A stretch of 64,000 bases of DNA, taken from NCBI GenBank assembly GCA_001600695.1, contig BCKQ01000001.1, positions 1,405,950 through 1,469,949 on the forward strand. The letters are read 5' to 3'. Under the pieces are notes generated by a model. It did not search any database and was not told the origin of the DNA. It saw nothing but the letters and a program-made list of their open reading frames with translations. A program made the position numbers and the translations under genes. Shown here in pieces: positions 22,920-34,306 of the stretch; within the stretch, counting starts at the first letter, position 1, and each line of letters opens with the position of its first letter. The DNA is from Ascoidea asiatica JCM 7603. Its lineage: Eukaryota; Fungi; Ascomycota.

Positions 22920-24791
22920 ATGTTGTTTATTAGAAGATTTAATAGTTTTAAGAGATATAATATTTATAATAATGTATTAAAAAGAAGATATAGTATATTA
23001 AATTTAAAAAAGGTTGAAAATAGAAATGAGGAAATAAATTATTTTAATGAAGAAAAAAGGGAATTAATATTAACAATTTTAAATTCAGCAGCAACTAAAA
23101 GAGAAGCTAAAACATATTTTGAGAAATATTCACCATTAATTGGTATAAATGAAATGAATAAAAAAGATGAATTAATTAAGATTTTATTAAATAATTTAAA
23201 TTTTCAAAAAAAAGAAAAAGAAGAAGAAGAAGAGATAGTTATGAAGAATGAATTAAATAAAGTTTATAGAATTTCAATAATTAAAATTAAAGATATTAAT
23301 AAAATTTCTAAAGATATTTTAAAAAAAATTTGTTTAACATTATTAAAATTAATTAAATTAGGAGTTAGTCCAATTATAATTCTTGAAAATTCTGAACTTT
23401 TAAATTATTATAATAATAATGATATTAAAGAAAATGAAAATGTATATAAAGAAGTTAATTTAAAATATTTAAAAGAATATAATTTATTAATTGAAACAAT
23501 TGAAGAGATAAATAAAAATGAAATTAAAAAAGGAAATTTTAATAATATTATAAATTCTAAATTTCTTAATGGAATTTTTTCAATATATGAGGATGAGGAA
23601 GATAAAATTAAATTAAATTTTAATGAAAATATTTTAATTTCTTTAATTCAAGAAAATTTATTAATAATTTATCCAAATGGTATTAAAATTAAAAATAATA
23701 AAATTAAATTTATTTCAAGTAATTTAATTATAAAGATTTTATTTAAAGATTTAATTAAATTTAAATTTAAAAAATTATTTAAAATTGAAAAAATTATATT
23801 TATTGAAGAATTTGGTGGTATATCATCAATTAAAAGATTTAATGGTAGTCATATTTTTATAAATTTAAAACAAGAATATAATAAAATTATTAAAGAATTA
23901 AAAGAGAATGAAAATTTAAATGAAATTTATAAAATTGAATATATAAAAAATTTAAAAATTATTAAAGAAATTTTAGATTATAATGGTGATTATAATGGTG
24001 ATTATAATGGTGATTGTAATGATGAATGTACATTTATTATAACTACAGGTAAAATTGCAAGTAATAAATTTCAAAATCCAATAATTTATAATATTTTAAC
24101 AGATAGATCAATAATTTCATCATCATTACCAAATTATTTTAAAAAAACATCAAAATTATCAACAACAATAATTAAAAATGGATTTAATGTTAAAATTTTA
24201 AAACATGATAAAAAATTAAAAAAAAATGGAATTGATTTAATTGAAGAAGATAAATTAGGTAATATAAATTTAAAAAAATTAAAAGAATTAATTGATGATT
24301 CATTTAAAAAATCAATAAATTTAAAAAATTATTTAAATAGAATAAATGGTAAAATTGCATGTATAATAATTGTTGGAGATTATGAAGGTGGAGCAATAAT
24401 AACATATGAAGAAAATTTAAATGATAATAATAAATTAATTAAAGTACCATATCTTGATAAATTTGCAGTTAAAAGAAAATTTCAAAGTTCAACTGGAGTT
24501 GCAGATATTATTTTTAATTGTATTGTTAATGAAATTTTTAAAAATGAATTAATTTGGAGATCTAATTTTTTAAATCCAGTAAATAAATGGTATTTTGAAC
24601 GTTCAAAAGGTAATATGTGCCTTATTGGAACAGAATGGAGATTATTTTGGGTTGGAAATGCAACAAGAGAGACTGAGGGAGCATTAGGGGCATACGCCGC
24701 AATCTGCCGCAGCATACAGCCCTCGTGGGACACCGAGGAGACCATTCAGGGACAGACCATTCAGGGACAGACTGATATATGTAGTAGTTAG
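22920..24791 (+). CDS. ARG2: Mitochondrial amino-acid N-acetyltransferase (N-acetylglutamate synthase)
   Basis: Arg-rich presequence, LILTILNSAATKREAKTY, HIFINLKQEY, IIYNILTDRSIISSSLP, and NAT domain GDYEGGAIIT..PYLDKFAV..WRS..NPVNKWYFERSKG. Divergent from PSF2 as in S. cerevisiae. Confidence 0.92.
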   Translation: MLFIRRFNSFKRYNIYNNVLKRRYSILNLKKVENRNEEINYFNEEKRELILTILNSAATKREAKTYFEKYSPLIGINEMNKKDELIKILLNNLNFQKKEKEEEEEIVMKNELNKVYRISIIKIKDINKISKDILKKICLTLLKLIKLGVSPIIILENSELLNYYNNNDIKENENVYKEVNLKYLKEYNLLIETIEEINKNEIKKGNFNNIINSKFLNGIFSIYEDEEDKIKLNFNENILISLIQENLLIIYPNGIKIKNNKIKFISSNLIIKILFKDLIKFKFKKLFKIEKIIFIEEFGGISSIKRFNGSHIFINLKQEYNKIIKELKENENLNEIYKIEYIKNLKIIKEILDYNGDYNGDYNGDCNDECTFIITTGKIASNKFQNPIIYNILTDRSIISSSLPNYFKKTSKLSTTIIKNGFNVKILKHDKKLKKNGIDLIEEDKLGNINLKKLKELIDDSFKKSINLKNYLNRINGKIACIIIVGDYEGGAIITYEENLNDNNKLIKVPYLDKFAVKRKFQSSTGVADIIFNCIVNEIFKNELIWRSNFLNPVNKWYFERSKGNMCLIGTEWRLFWVGNATRETEGALGAYAAICRSIQPSWDTEETIQGQTIQGQTDICSS

Positions 24792-24802
24792 GACAGTACG
24801 AA

Positions 24803-25080
24803 ATTGTAATAAGAAATTGTAATGAGAAAGAGAGAGAATGTAATGAGAGAGAATGTAATGAGAAAGAGAGACGAGAGAAGAGACGAGAGAAGAGAAGAGA
24901 GAAGAGAGAAGTGAGAGAAAGAGAGAGATTGTAATGAGAGAGAGAGAGAAAGAGAGAGGAGAGAAGAGAGAGGAGAGAGACTGAGAGAAAGAAAGAGAGA
25001 AGAGAGATTGTAATAAAGAAATTGTAATGAAGAGAGACTGTGAGAATGTAATGAGAGAATGTAATGAGAGAGAGAGAGAC

Positions 25081-25114
<34 letters not shown>

Positions 25115-25160
25115 GGAGAGAGAGAAAGAGAGAGTGTAATGAGAAAGAGAGAAGTGAAGA
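24803..25160. repeat. Purine-rich (GA)-type low-complexity tract punctuated by TGTAATGAGA units
   Basis: About 360 bp almost entirely A/G on the + strand, with recurring TGTAAT(G/A)A. Confidence 0.9.
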
Positions 25161-25225
25161 ACTGTTCAAAGTGAGACTCGCACGTTTTGTTTCTTTCCCG
25201 TGTTTGTGTCTGTTGTTGGGAAGCA

Positions 25226-25249
25226 GTCAGGTGACCGCACCACGTGACC
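25226..25249. promoter_or_regulatory. Cbf1-type E-box pair upstream of SRP72
   Basis: GTCAGGTGACC followed by CACGTGACC (25241). Confidence 0.5.
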
Positions 25250-25454
25250 AGTAGTATATATCAGTTGAAGTGATCAACTTTTAAAGGACTTTTAAAGGAC
25301 AGCCAGTTTAAACGAGATTCAAAAGAAGGTCTAACCACAGAAGAAGAAGAAGAAGAAGAAGAAGAGGAACAAGAAGAAGAAGAAGAACAAGAAGAACAAG
25401 CGCTGATAAGAGGAATACACAATACTTCAATCCATCAACTTATACTACAACACA

Positions 25455-27956
25455 ATGGCAACATTAACTGATTCTGTAAATAATTTGAATCTTGGTTCAA
25501 AAAATCTTGAAAATAATCAACTTTTCTTAAAAGGTAAAGCTTTATTACAACTTAATTTAAATTCATTTAATAAAAATTCTTATATTCAATTTAATAATAT
25601 AATAATTGATTTAATTTCAATTGATAAATATAATTTATCTTTAAATTTAATTAATCTTTTTAAATCTTCAAAATTTAATAATTTAAAAATTTTAAAAAAT
25701 TTAAATTTTAAAAATTTTTTAATTTTAGAAACTTCTTATATTTATTATAAATTAGCTGATCATAAAAATTTTAATAATTTAATTTCAAAAATTAATTTAA
25801 AAGATAATAATAATGATAATAATAATGATAATTATTTTAAAAATTCTATATTACATTTAAAAGCTCAAGAATTTTATACAATTGGAAATTATTTTAATTC
25901 ATTTTTAATTTATAATTATTTAATTTCAATTTCAAATTTAAATAATTTTGATAATAATTTAGATCTTTTAATTAATCAAAGAGCTTCATTATCTCAAATT
26001 AATTCTAATTTTTTAAATTTAATTTCAAATTCAATTTTATTTAAAAATTTATTTAATAATAATTTAAATTTAAATTTAAATTCTTATGATTTATTATTTA
26101 ATAATTCTTTAATTTATTTAAATTTAAATAATTTAAATTTAAATTCAAATAATTTAATTCAATCAAAAAATTTATTAAATTTAGCTAAAATTAAATCTCA
26201 ATCTCTTCTATCTAATCAACATAATGATAATGATAATCAACATAATAATAATGATCAAGATATAAATTATTTTCAAGAAATTTTTCCAATTTTTTTACAA
26301 TTATCTTATATTAATCAAATTTCAAATATTAATGATAATAAAGAATCTTTAAATATTTTAAATAATTTAAAATTAAAATTTAATTCAATTTTATTTAATA
26401 ATAATATTAATAATCCTTCAATAAATTTATTAAAATTATTATTTTTTAATAATTATTATTCTAATTTTAATGACATAAATAATAAAAATTCAAATTTAAT
26501 TTTAAATCAAATTAATTATAATAATTATATTCCAAATTTAATTAAAACAACAAAATTATTACCTTCTCAATTAAATATTTTAAAAAGAAATGAATTTTTA
26601 TTAAATTTTAAAATTTTAAAAAATTTTAAATCTCAATATTCTAATTTTTCAAAATTATTTAAAAATAATATACAAAATAATAATACCATTACCAATAATT
26701 ATGATATTAAAAATGATTTAAATGATAATGAATTTAATATTTTAAATAATTATCTTAATAAAAATAATATTAATTTAAATTTAATTCAAAAATTTAATTC
26801 CTCAATTTCTTATGAAAATTCTTTTGAAAATTCTTTTGAAAATTTTAATACTTTAGGTTTAATTTCTTTATATGAATCAAATTTAATTAATAATATAAAT
26901 TTTAATGATAATAATGAATCTTTAATTAAATTTAATCAATTATCAAAAAATTTTTATAAATATTTAATTAAAAAAATTTTTTTATTATTTAATAATAAAA
27001 ATTTTAATTTAATTTCAAATGAATTTAATTTTAAATTTAAAAAAATTATTTCAGCTTCTTTAATTTCTTCTCATTTATTAATAACTTATGATAATTATAA
27101 TTATAATGCTTGTATAAAATTATTAGAATCTTTAATTTATTTTCCAAAATCTAATGAAGATCTAAAAAATTCACAAAATTCACAAAATTCATTTTCAATT
27201 TTAATTTCATCTTTAAAAATTTCTTCAAATGAAATTTTATCAAAATATTTCTCAATTTTATCAATTTTATTATCTTTATATATTTCAATTGGTTCAAGAA
27301 AAAATTTATTAAAAATTTTTAATATTGTTTATAATTTTTATAAAATTAATAAAATTTCAAATTTTAATCAATTTAATTTCTTAAAAAATTTCTCAATTAA
27401 ATTTTATTCAATTTCAATTTCAAATTTAAATTCAAATAATCAATTTTCAAAAAATTGTAAAGATTTATTTCAAATTTTATTTCAATTTAATAATAATGAT
27501 CAATTAATTAATGATTTATTAAATAATAAACTTTCAACTACTACTATTATTGATATTAATATTAATATTAATAATAATAATAATAATTTAAATTATGATT
27601 CTTTAATAACTAATGATTTTGAAAATTTATTAAATGAAAAATTAATTGATGATTCTACTTTATTAAAAAATATTATAAAAGAAAAACATAAAAGAATTAG
27701 AAAAATTCCTCAACATCCTTCAAAATCATTAAAAATTGATAATGAAAGATGGCTTCCAATGAAAGATAGATCTTATTATAAACCAAGTAGAAAAGAAAGA
27801 AAAGCTCTTCAATTTACTCAAGGTGGTAATGCTGATAATACAACTGAAGAAAGTGGAATTATTAGTAATAATAATAATAATAATAAAGTTTCAAAACCTT
27901 CAAATAGAAGTTCAAATATGAATAAAAAAAAGAAAAAAGGTGGAAAAAGAAAATAA
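25455..27956 (+). CDS. SRP72: Signal recognition particle subunit Srp72
   Basis: C-terminal SRP-RNA-binding motif K(R)IRKIP...DNERWLPMKDRSYYKP..TQGG and a basic KKKKKGGKRK tail. TPR-like remnants (LETSYIYYKL, ILHLKAQEFY, DLLINQRA, YDLLFNNS, PIFLQLSYI). Confidence 0.88.
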   Translation: MATLTDSVNNLNLGSKNLENNQLFLKGKALLQLNLNSFNKNSYIQFNNIIIDLISIDKYNLSLNLINLFKSSKFNNLKILKNLNFKNFLILETSYIYYKLADHKNFNNLISKINLKDNNNDNNNDNYFKNSILHLKAQEFYTIGNYFNSFLIYNYLISISNLNNFDNNLDLLINQRASLSQINSNFLNLISNSILFKNLFNNNLNLNLNSYDLLFNNSLIYLNLNNLNLNSNNLIQSKNLLNLAKIKSQSLLSNQHNDNDNQHNNNDQDINYFQEIFPIFLQLSYINQISNINDNKESLNILNNLKLKFNSILFNNNINNPSINLLKLLFFNNYYSNFNDINNKNSNLILNQINYNNYIPNLIKTTKLLPSQLNILKRNEFLLNFKILKNFKSQYSNFSKLFKNNIQNNNTITNNYDIKNDLNDNEFNILNNYLNKNNINLNLIQKFNSSISYENSFENSFENFNTLGLISLYESNLINNINFNDNNESLIKFNQLSKNFYKYLIKKIFLLFNNKNFNLISNEFNFKFKKIISASLISSHLLITYDNYNYNACIKLLESLIYFPKSNEDLKNSQNSQNSFSILISSLKISSNEILSKYFSILSILLSLYISIGSRKNLLKIFNIVYNFYKINKISNFNQFNFLKNFSIKFYSISISNLNSNNQFSKNCKDLFQILFQFNNNDQLINDLLNNKLSTTTIIDINININNNNNNLNYDSLITNDFENLLNEKLIDDSTLLKNIIKEKHKRIRKIPQHPSKSLKIDNERWLPMKDRSYYKPSRKERKALQFTQGGNADNTTEESGIISNNNNNNKVSKPSNRSSNMNKKKKKGGKRK

Positions 27957-28181
27957 AATTAAAAATGAAAAGAACAAAAACTTTCATAATGTAATTAATA
28001 TTTATAACTAAAAAAAAGAAAAAACAATTTTATATTTTTTATATACAGTAAACAGTATATATATACAATTTTATTGACCAAATTGAAAAGAAAAAAAATG
28101 TGTATTTACCAAATTTTAATAAATTAATAGATTTTATTTTGTACATTTATAATTCATAAATTTTTTTTTTTTTAAAAACAT

Positions 28182-29909
28182 TTAATCAAGTCCAATGATT
28201 TTATTGAATAATTTTTCACAAGGAACACTTGCACGTAATCTAGCACATAAAAGAAAAACTCCACTAAATTTTCTATGTAAACTATAAGTTTCTTCAGGTG
28301 GTGGTGATAATCTTTCATTAATCATAACACCTACATTACCTCTAACTCTATCTGCAACATCTTGTGTTGAGAAATCATATGAATTATTTTTATCATTATT
28401 AAATTTTCCAGAAAATGGTTCACCTAAAGCTAAAACTGAATTTATATGAGCATTAATCATTTTTGGAGATTCCATTCCAGTTAAATAACCTAATTTTTTT
28501 GAAAAAAATTCTATACCATCTCTATCTTCTTTAACAGCAGCTCTTAAAACAGAACAATAATTTTTAATAAATTCATCACTAAAATCTCTTGAAGCACCAA
28601 AATCTAAAAGTTCAATTTTTTTTGTTTTTGAATTATATAAAAAATTTGCCCAATTTGGATCAGTTTGCATAAATTTAAATTTTCCAATTTCTAATAAACA
28701 AAGTCTCATAATATTTGTTGCAATCATATTTCTTATTTCTTGATCCCAATTTCCTTTAACAATTTCAATTCCATTCATTTTTTCCATTGTTAAAACATGT
28801 TCACTTGATAAATTATGAATAACTCTTGGAACTATAAAAACTGGATCATCTTTTAATAAATCATAAAATCTAACTAAACTTTGAGATTCACGTATATAAT
28901 CACATTCCCATTTTAATTCAATTCTTGCATTTGCAACAGATTTATCTAAAAATAAACCAGCAGGTAATAATCTTGAAGCAGTTAATAACATTAAAAGATT
29001 ATTCAAATCAGAATCAATAGAATCTACAACACCAGGATATTGAACTTTAACAACTACAGGTAAATGAGTTTCTTTTGTAATTGCAGAATGAACTTGACCA
29101 ATTGAAGCAGCTGCCATTGGAATATCTTCAAAACTTGAAAATAATCTTTCACGCCAATTTTGTCCCAATTCAGAAGACATAACTTGTTCTAATTGTCCAG
29201 CAGGCATATAATGAGCAGAATTTTGAACTCTTAAAAGAATTTGTTGAATTTCTTTTGGTAAAATTGAAGAATCTTGAAAAGACATCATTTGTCCAACTTT
29301 TAAAGCTGCACCTCTCATTTTTGAAAATTTTTTTGCCATTCTTTCAATATTTTTAGGTGATAATATTAATGAATTAAGTGAGATTGATTGATTTGAACCA
29401 GATGCAAATCTTTTAATTCCTTCAGTTGCAGCTCCATAACTAACCCCAGCGGCTAAAGATCCATAATGAAATAATCTTCCAAGTCTTGAACTTGGAACTG
29501 GAGAACTTTTCATTTCAAATTCTGGTTTTTCTTTTTCACCAATTATACCTGAAATATTTACTTTATTTTCATATTCATTTAAACAATTTTTATAAGTTGA
29601 AAAAGATCTTGAACCAAATGGAATATTTTTTTTATCAGTTGATGAATTTAAATTATTAATTTTAGTTGAGGAAATTGCAAAATCCGATTTTTTTCTAGCA
29701 ATATTAAATATATCATTTCTATCATTACTAGTTTTAACAAAAATTGAATTTAATACATCATTTTTATGTCTCAATATTAAATTTATTATATATGATTGAT
29801 GTATTTCATTACTTATTTCATTTTTAAATACATTAGCAGAATTACATGTAACTTTCGAAGCCGATGAAAGTACACACGAAATATCATATAACTTTTTCCC
29901 TAAAGACAT
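28182..29909 (-). CDS. COQ8: Atypical kinase Coq8/Abc1 (ubiquinone biosynthesis)
   Basis: VPSSRLGRLFHYG, MRGAALKVGQ (KxGQ), AAASIGQVH, VKVQYPGV, MQTDPNWANF, LLDFGA, PPPEETYSLHRK. Confidence 0.97.
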   Translation of the reverse strand: MSLGKKLYDISCVLSSASKVTCNSANVFKNEISNEIHQSYIINLILRHKNDVLNSIFVKTSNDRNDIFNIARKKSDFAISSTKINNLNSSTDKKNIPFGSRSFSTYKNCLNEYENKVNISGIIGEKEKPEFEMKSSPVPSSRLGRLFHYGSLAAGVSYGAATEGIKRFASGSNQSISLNSLILSPKNIERMAKKFSKMRGAALKVGQMMSFQDSSILPKEIQQILLRVQNSAHYMPAGQLEQVMSSELGQNWRERLFSSFEDIPMAAASIGQVHSAITKETHLPVVVKVQYPGVVDSIDSDLNNLLMLLTASRLLPAGLFLDKSVANARIELKWECDYIRESQSLVRFYDLLKDDPVFIVPRVIHNLSSEHVLTMEKMNGIEIVKGNWDQEIRNMIATNIMRLCLLEIGKFKFMQTDPNWANFLYNSKTKKIELLDFGASRDFSDEFIKNYCSVLRAAVKEDRDGIEFFSKKLGYLTGMESPKMINAHINSVLALGEPFSGKFNNDKNNSYDFSTQDVADRVRGNVGVMINERLSPPPEETYSLHRKFSGVFLLCARLRASVPCEKLFNKIIGLD

Positions 29910-30492
29910 TGCAAAGAAAACAAAGTCTACTTAACTAAAAAAAACAGTCAATTTAATTGAATTGAAACTGAAAGTACTTGAAGCATTGAATGAATCAATA
30001 AATAGAAAGAGACAAGAAAAGAAAAGAAAAGAAAATAAATCAAGTTCATCACTTCCATCAATTCCATTTGCCTTTTAAACTTCTAATAAATTATTCACTT
30101 TCCTCGAAATCAACTGGAGAAAGGAGACCCGAGAAAGTGGTGTTGATTCTGGCTGTGGCAGTTTAGTCTCGTGACCTCCATTAGACTTTACCGCTTTTAT
30201 AATTTTATTGTTTTGTTTATTCGCTTTCCTTTTGTTTTGTTTACTTTTTTGGATCTCTGTTGGCATTGTGATTAGAGTTGAAGACATTCAAAAATTAACT
30301 TGAAGATTAATTACTGAATTGAATTTGATCAATTAAAATTGAATCAAATAAAATAAATTTAAGTTGAATTAGCATTAATCAAATCTCATCAAATTGAATT
30401 AGATTAAATCTCAATAGACACTCGTTTTTTTTCTTTCTTTCATTTTCTTTTTCAGTTAATCACTCAATGAAGTTTTGATTAGTTCAATTCAA

Positions 30493-32574
30493 ATGGCTAG
30501 AAAATCAGGTATAAAAATAATTGAATTCTTAAGAGGTCGTATTTACCTTGGTGCTTATGATAATACTCCTCAAGATACTGCAGAAACTGTCTTTTTCACT
30601 GTAGAAGATAATCTTCCATATAACTCATTTCATCTTGATTTTGGTCCTCTACATCTTGGAAATTTGTATAGATTTGCAGTTGTTCTTCATAATATATTAA
30701 ATGAAGATTCAAATCAGGGAAAGGCAATTGTATTTTATTCCTCAACTACTTCTAAAGATAGAGCTAATGCTGCATGTTTGCTTTGTTGTTATATGATTTT
30801 AGTTCAATCTTGGTCTCCACATCAAGTATTACAACCTATAGCTCAAATTGATCCTCCATTAATGCCATTTAGAGATGCAGGATATTCTCATGCTGATTTT
30901 GAAATATCAATTCAAGATATAGTTTATGGAGTTTGGAGAGCTAAAGAAAGAAATATGATTGATTTAACAAATTTTAATCTTGAAGAATATGAACAATTTG
31001 AAAAAGTTGAAGAAGGTGATCTTAATGTAATTTCAAAAGATTTTATTGCTTTTGCTTCTCCGCAACAATCTAGACCTGGTGCTACTTTAAATAAACCTTT
31101 TACAAAAGTTTTAGATTTTTTCGTGAAAAATAATATTCAATTAGTTGTAAGATTAAACTCTCATTTATATGATAAAAGAGAATTTGAAAAAAAAGGAATT
31201 CAACATCTTGATATGATTTTTGATGATGGAACTTGTCCAACAATGGAAATTGTTCAAAATTTTATTGGTGTTGCAGAAGGTGTAATAGCTAATGGTGGCA
31301 AAATTGCTGTTCATTGTAAAGCAGGTTTAGGTAGAACTGGTTGTTTAATCGGTGCACATTTAATATATACACATGGTTTTACTGCAAATGAATGTATTGG
31401 TTATATGAGAATGATTCGTCCAGGAATGGTTGTTGGTCCACAGCAGCATTGGCTTTATTTACATCAAAATGATTTTAGAAATTGGAGATATACAATGGTA
31501 CTTGATCCAAAACCTAAACAATCTTTGGGTGGATTTTCAACTTTAATTACTTATGAAGCTTTCAAAGCTAGACAGAGATCAATTAAAAAATCAATTGTAA
31601 CTCCAGTTCGAAGAAGAGTTTCAACACAAATGAAAAAAAGTGTTTATACTGCGGTTCCTATGCAATCTCCTGGTCAACCTCGTAAAGCTCCTGAAATTAT
31701 TAATGGAATATCAAATAATTCTGATGATGAAGAAAATTATGATGAATATGATTCAAATATAATTGATCAAAATTCTGATCATAACGAAATATACAATGAT
31801 AATAATAACAATATTAATAACAATAATAGCAATAATAATCATAATATTAATAATGATCATGAGTCCAATAATGGAAATAATGAAGATAATACCAATAATG
31901 AAAATAATATTGATAACATAAACAATAGTAATAGTAATAATAATAAGAGTCCCAGAAATGTAGGAAATATAAATAATGTTAATAATCATGATTCAAAAAA
32001 TAAAAAAAAAGACTCATCTCCTCCTAATTCTGCATCAAAAATGACAAGTATAAATAAAGTTCATGCAAATGGAAATAATAATAAATCTTTAAGAGATATA
32101 AGTGAAGAAAAAAATGATTTAATTAATCAAGATTATAATTCAAAATATAAAATTCAGGATACTCATAAAAATAATCAAAATAGTAATAATAATTCAAATG
32201 AATTCGATCATCTTCCTGAAGAATCTAAAGAAAATTTATTAGTGATGAATAATCCTCAAAGAGAAAAAAGATCACCTCCAACATCTTGGAGAGTTCTTCG
32301 TTCTATAACTAATCCAAATTCAAGAAGATCATCTTCCCCACCTTCTAAACCTACTCAGGTAGCACAATCTACAGGAAAAGTACTTCCATCTTCAACACAA
32401 ATCCCAGGTTCTATCTCATCTTCGCCTGTCACAGATGGAAATCAAATTTTACCAAAATCTAGGCCTCGATCAATGGGTAGAACAAGAAATTCAATGATAA
32501 CACAACAAGGTTCAACTGAGAAAGTGATCAATGGAGGAGGAATTAGAAAAACAAGTTCCTCAAAAAGAGGTTAA
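30493..32574 (+). CDS. CDC14: Dual-specificity phosphatase Cdc14
   Basis: The ATG is at 30493. IEFLRGRIYLGAYD, FHLDFGP, PFRDAG, catalytic HCKAGLGRTG, RPGMVVGPQQ, SPGQPRK; Asn-rich tail. Confidence 0.97.
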   Translation: MARKSGIKIIEFLRGRIYLGAYDNTPQDTAETVFFTVEDNLPYNSFHLDFGPLHLGNLYRFAVVLHNILNEDSNQGKAIVFYSSTTSKDRANAACLLCCYMILVQSWSPHQVLQPIAQIDPPLMPFRDAGYSHADFEISIQDIVYGVWRAKERNMIDLTNFNLEEYEQFEKVEEGDLNVISKDFIAFASPQQSRPGATLNKPFTKVLDFFVKNNIQLVVRLNSHLYDKREFEKKGIQHLDMIFDDGTCPTMEIVQNFIGVAEGVIANGGKIAVHCKAGLGRTGCLIGAHLIYTHGFTANECIGYMRMIRPGMVVGPQQHWLYLHQNDFRNWRYTMVLDPKPKQSLGGFSTLITYEAFKARQRSIKKSIVTPVRRRVSTQMKKSVYTAVPMQSPGQPRKAPEIINGISNNSDDEENYDEYDSNIIDQNSDHNEIYNDNNNNINNNNSNNNHNINNDHESNNGNNEDNTNNENNIDNINNSNSNNNKSPRNVGNINNVNNHDSKNKKKDSSPPNSASKMTSINKVHANGNNNKSLRDISEEKNDLINQDYNSKYKIQDTHKNNQNSNNNSNEFDHLPEESKENLLVMNNPQREKRSPPTSWRVLRSITNPNSRRSSSPPSKPTQVAQSTGKVLPSSTQIPGSISSSPVTDGNQILPKSRPRSMGRTRNSMITQQGSTEKVINGGGIRKTSSSKRG

Positions 32575-33101
32575 AAATAATTTATATATTCATAATGAAT
32601 CAATTGAATTTTCTATTCAGCTTTTCAAAATTTTCTTCAATTCTGAATTTATTGGTTAATAATATCAACTTTCTTTTATATTTATTAATTTTCATTACAT
32701 TTTCTTGATTGCTTATATCCATAATGTTTATATCCCTTTTATTTCAATTTTATTTTTCAGTTTTATTCTCTTTTTTATTGTTCATTTTAATTTTTTTTTT
32801 ATAAATTTTTATCCTTCTTTTTATAGAATACAAAAAATACCAGACATCTCAAAACACAAATCAGTTTGTTTTGAAATGAAATTATATAATATATTAGAAA
32901 ATTTCTTGTAGGTCATTTTACATCATAATGATTATTAAAACGCTTTATAAGAAAATTTCTTTACAAAAATAAATATCAAAATAGCATAGATAATGTTACA
33001 TTAAAAGACATTGATTAATCTATATAAATTTCTCTCAGTTAAAATAGATTTATATGATAAAATATAATAAATTTTGAAAGAATATAACATAAACAAATCG
33101 A

Positions 33102-33966
<865 letters not shown>

Positions 33967-34187
33967 TTTGAACTATTATTTCGATAATCTATTGTTTTCT
34001 ATAACTCTAGTTGAATATCCAATTCTTGAAATAATATATTGAAATGCTTTTGTTGTATGACCTACCACTTTCAATATTATTCATGGTTTGCGATCGTTTG
34101 CAGAGAGACTGATTTGGTAAGCAAACACTGAGCTTCAGCAAACTTCCAACATCCATTCCAATCTTTTTCCTTGGTAATTCAAAATAC

Positions 34188-34306
34188 CCACACGTGCAGA
34201 GCATGTGCCAAATAATGAAACCAGTCCTGGAGGGCGAGCGTCTCACTTGAAAAATAAAGTGCCCTTACTGTAAACACGTGTAGGGGTTTTGTTTTAAGAG
34301 CCCTTT
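34188..34306. promoter_or_regulatory. RPL40 promoter: CACGTG boxes and GCCCT/AGGGC motifs
   Basis: CACGTG at 34191 and 34275; AGGGC near 34231; GCCCT at 34261 and 34300. Confidence 0.4.

Noticed and set aside
24684-25254. ORFs of 161 aa (-) and 75 aa (+) rich in S/L or E/R/K
   Set aside because: They are translations of the GA-rich low-complexity tract.
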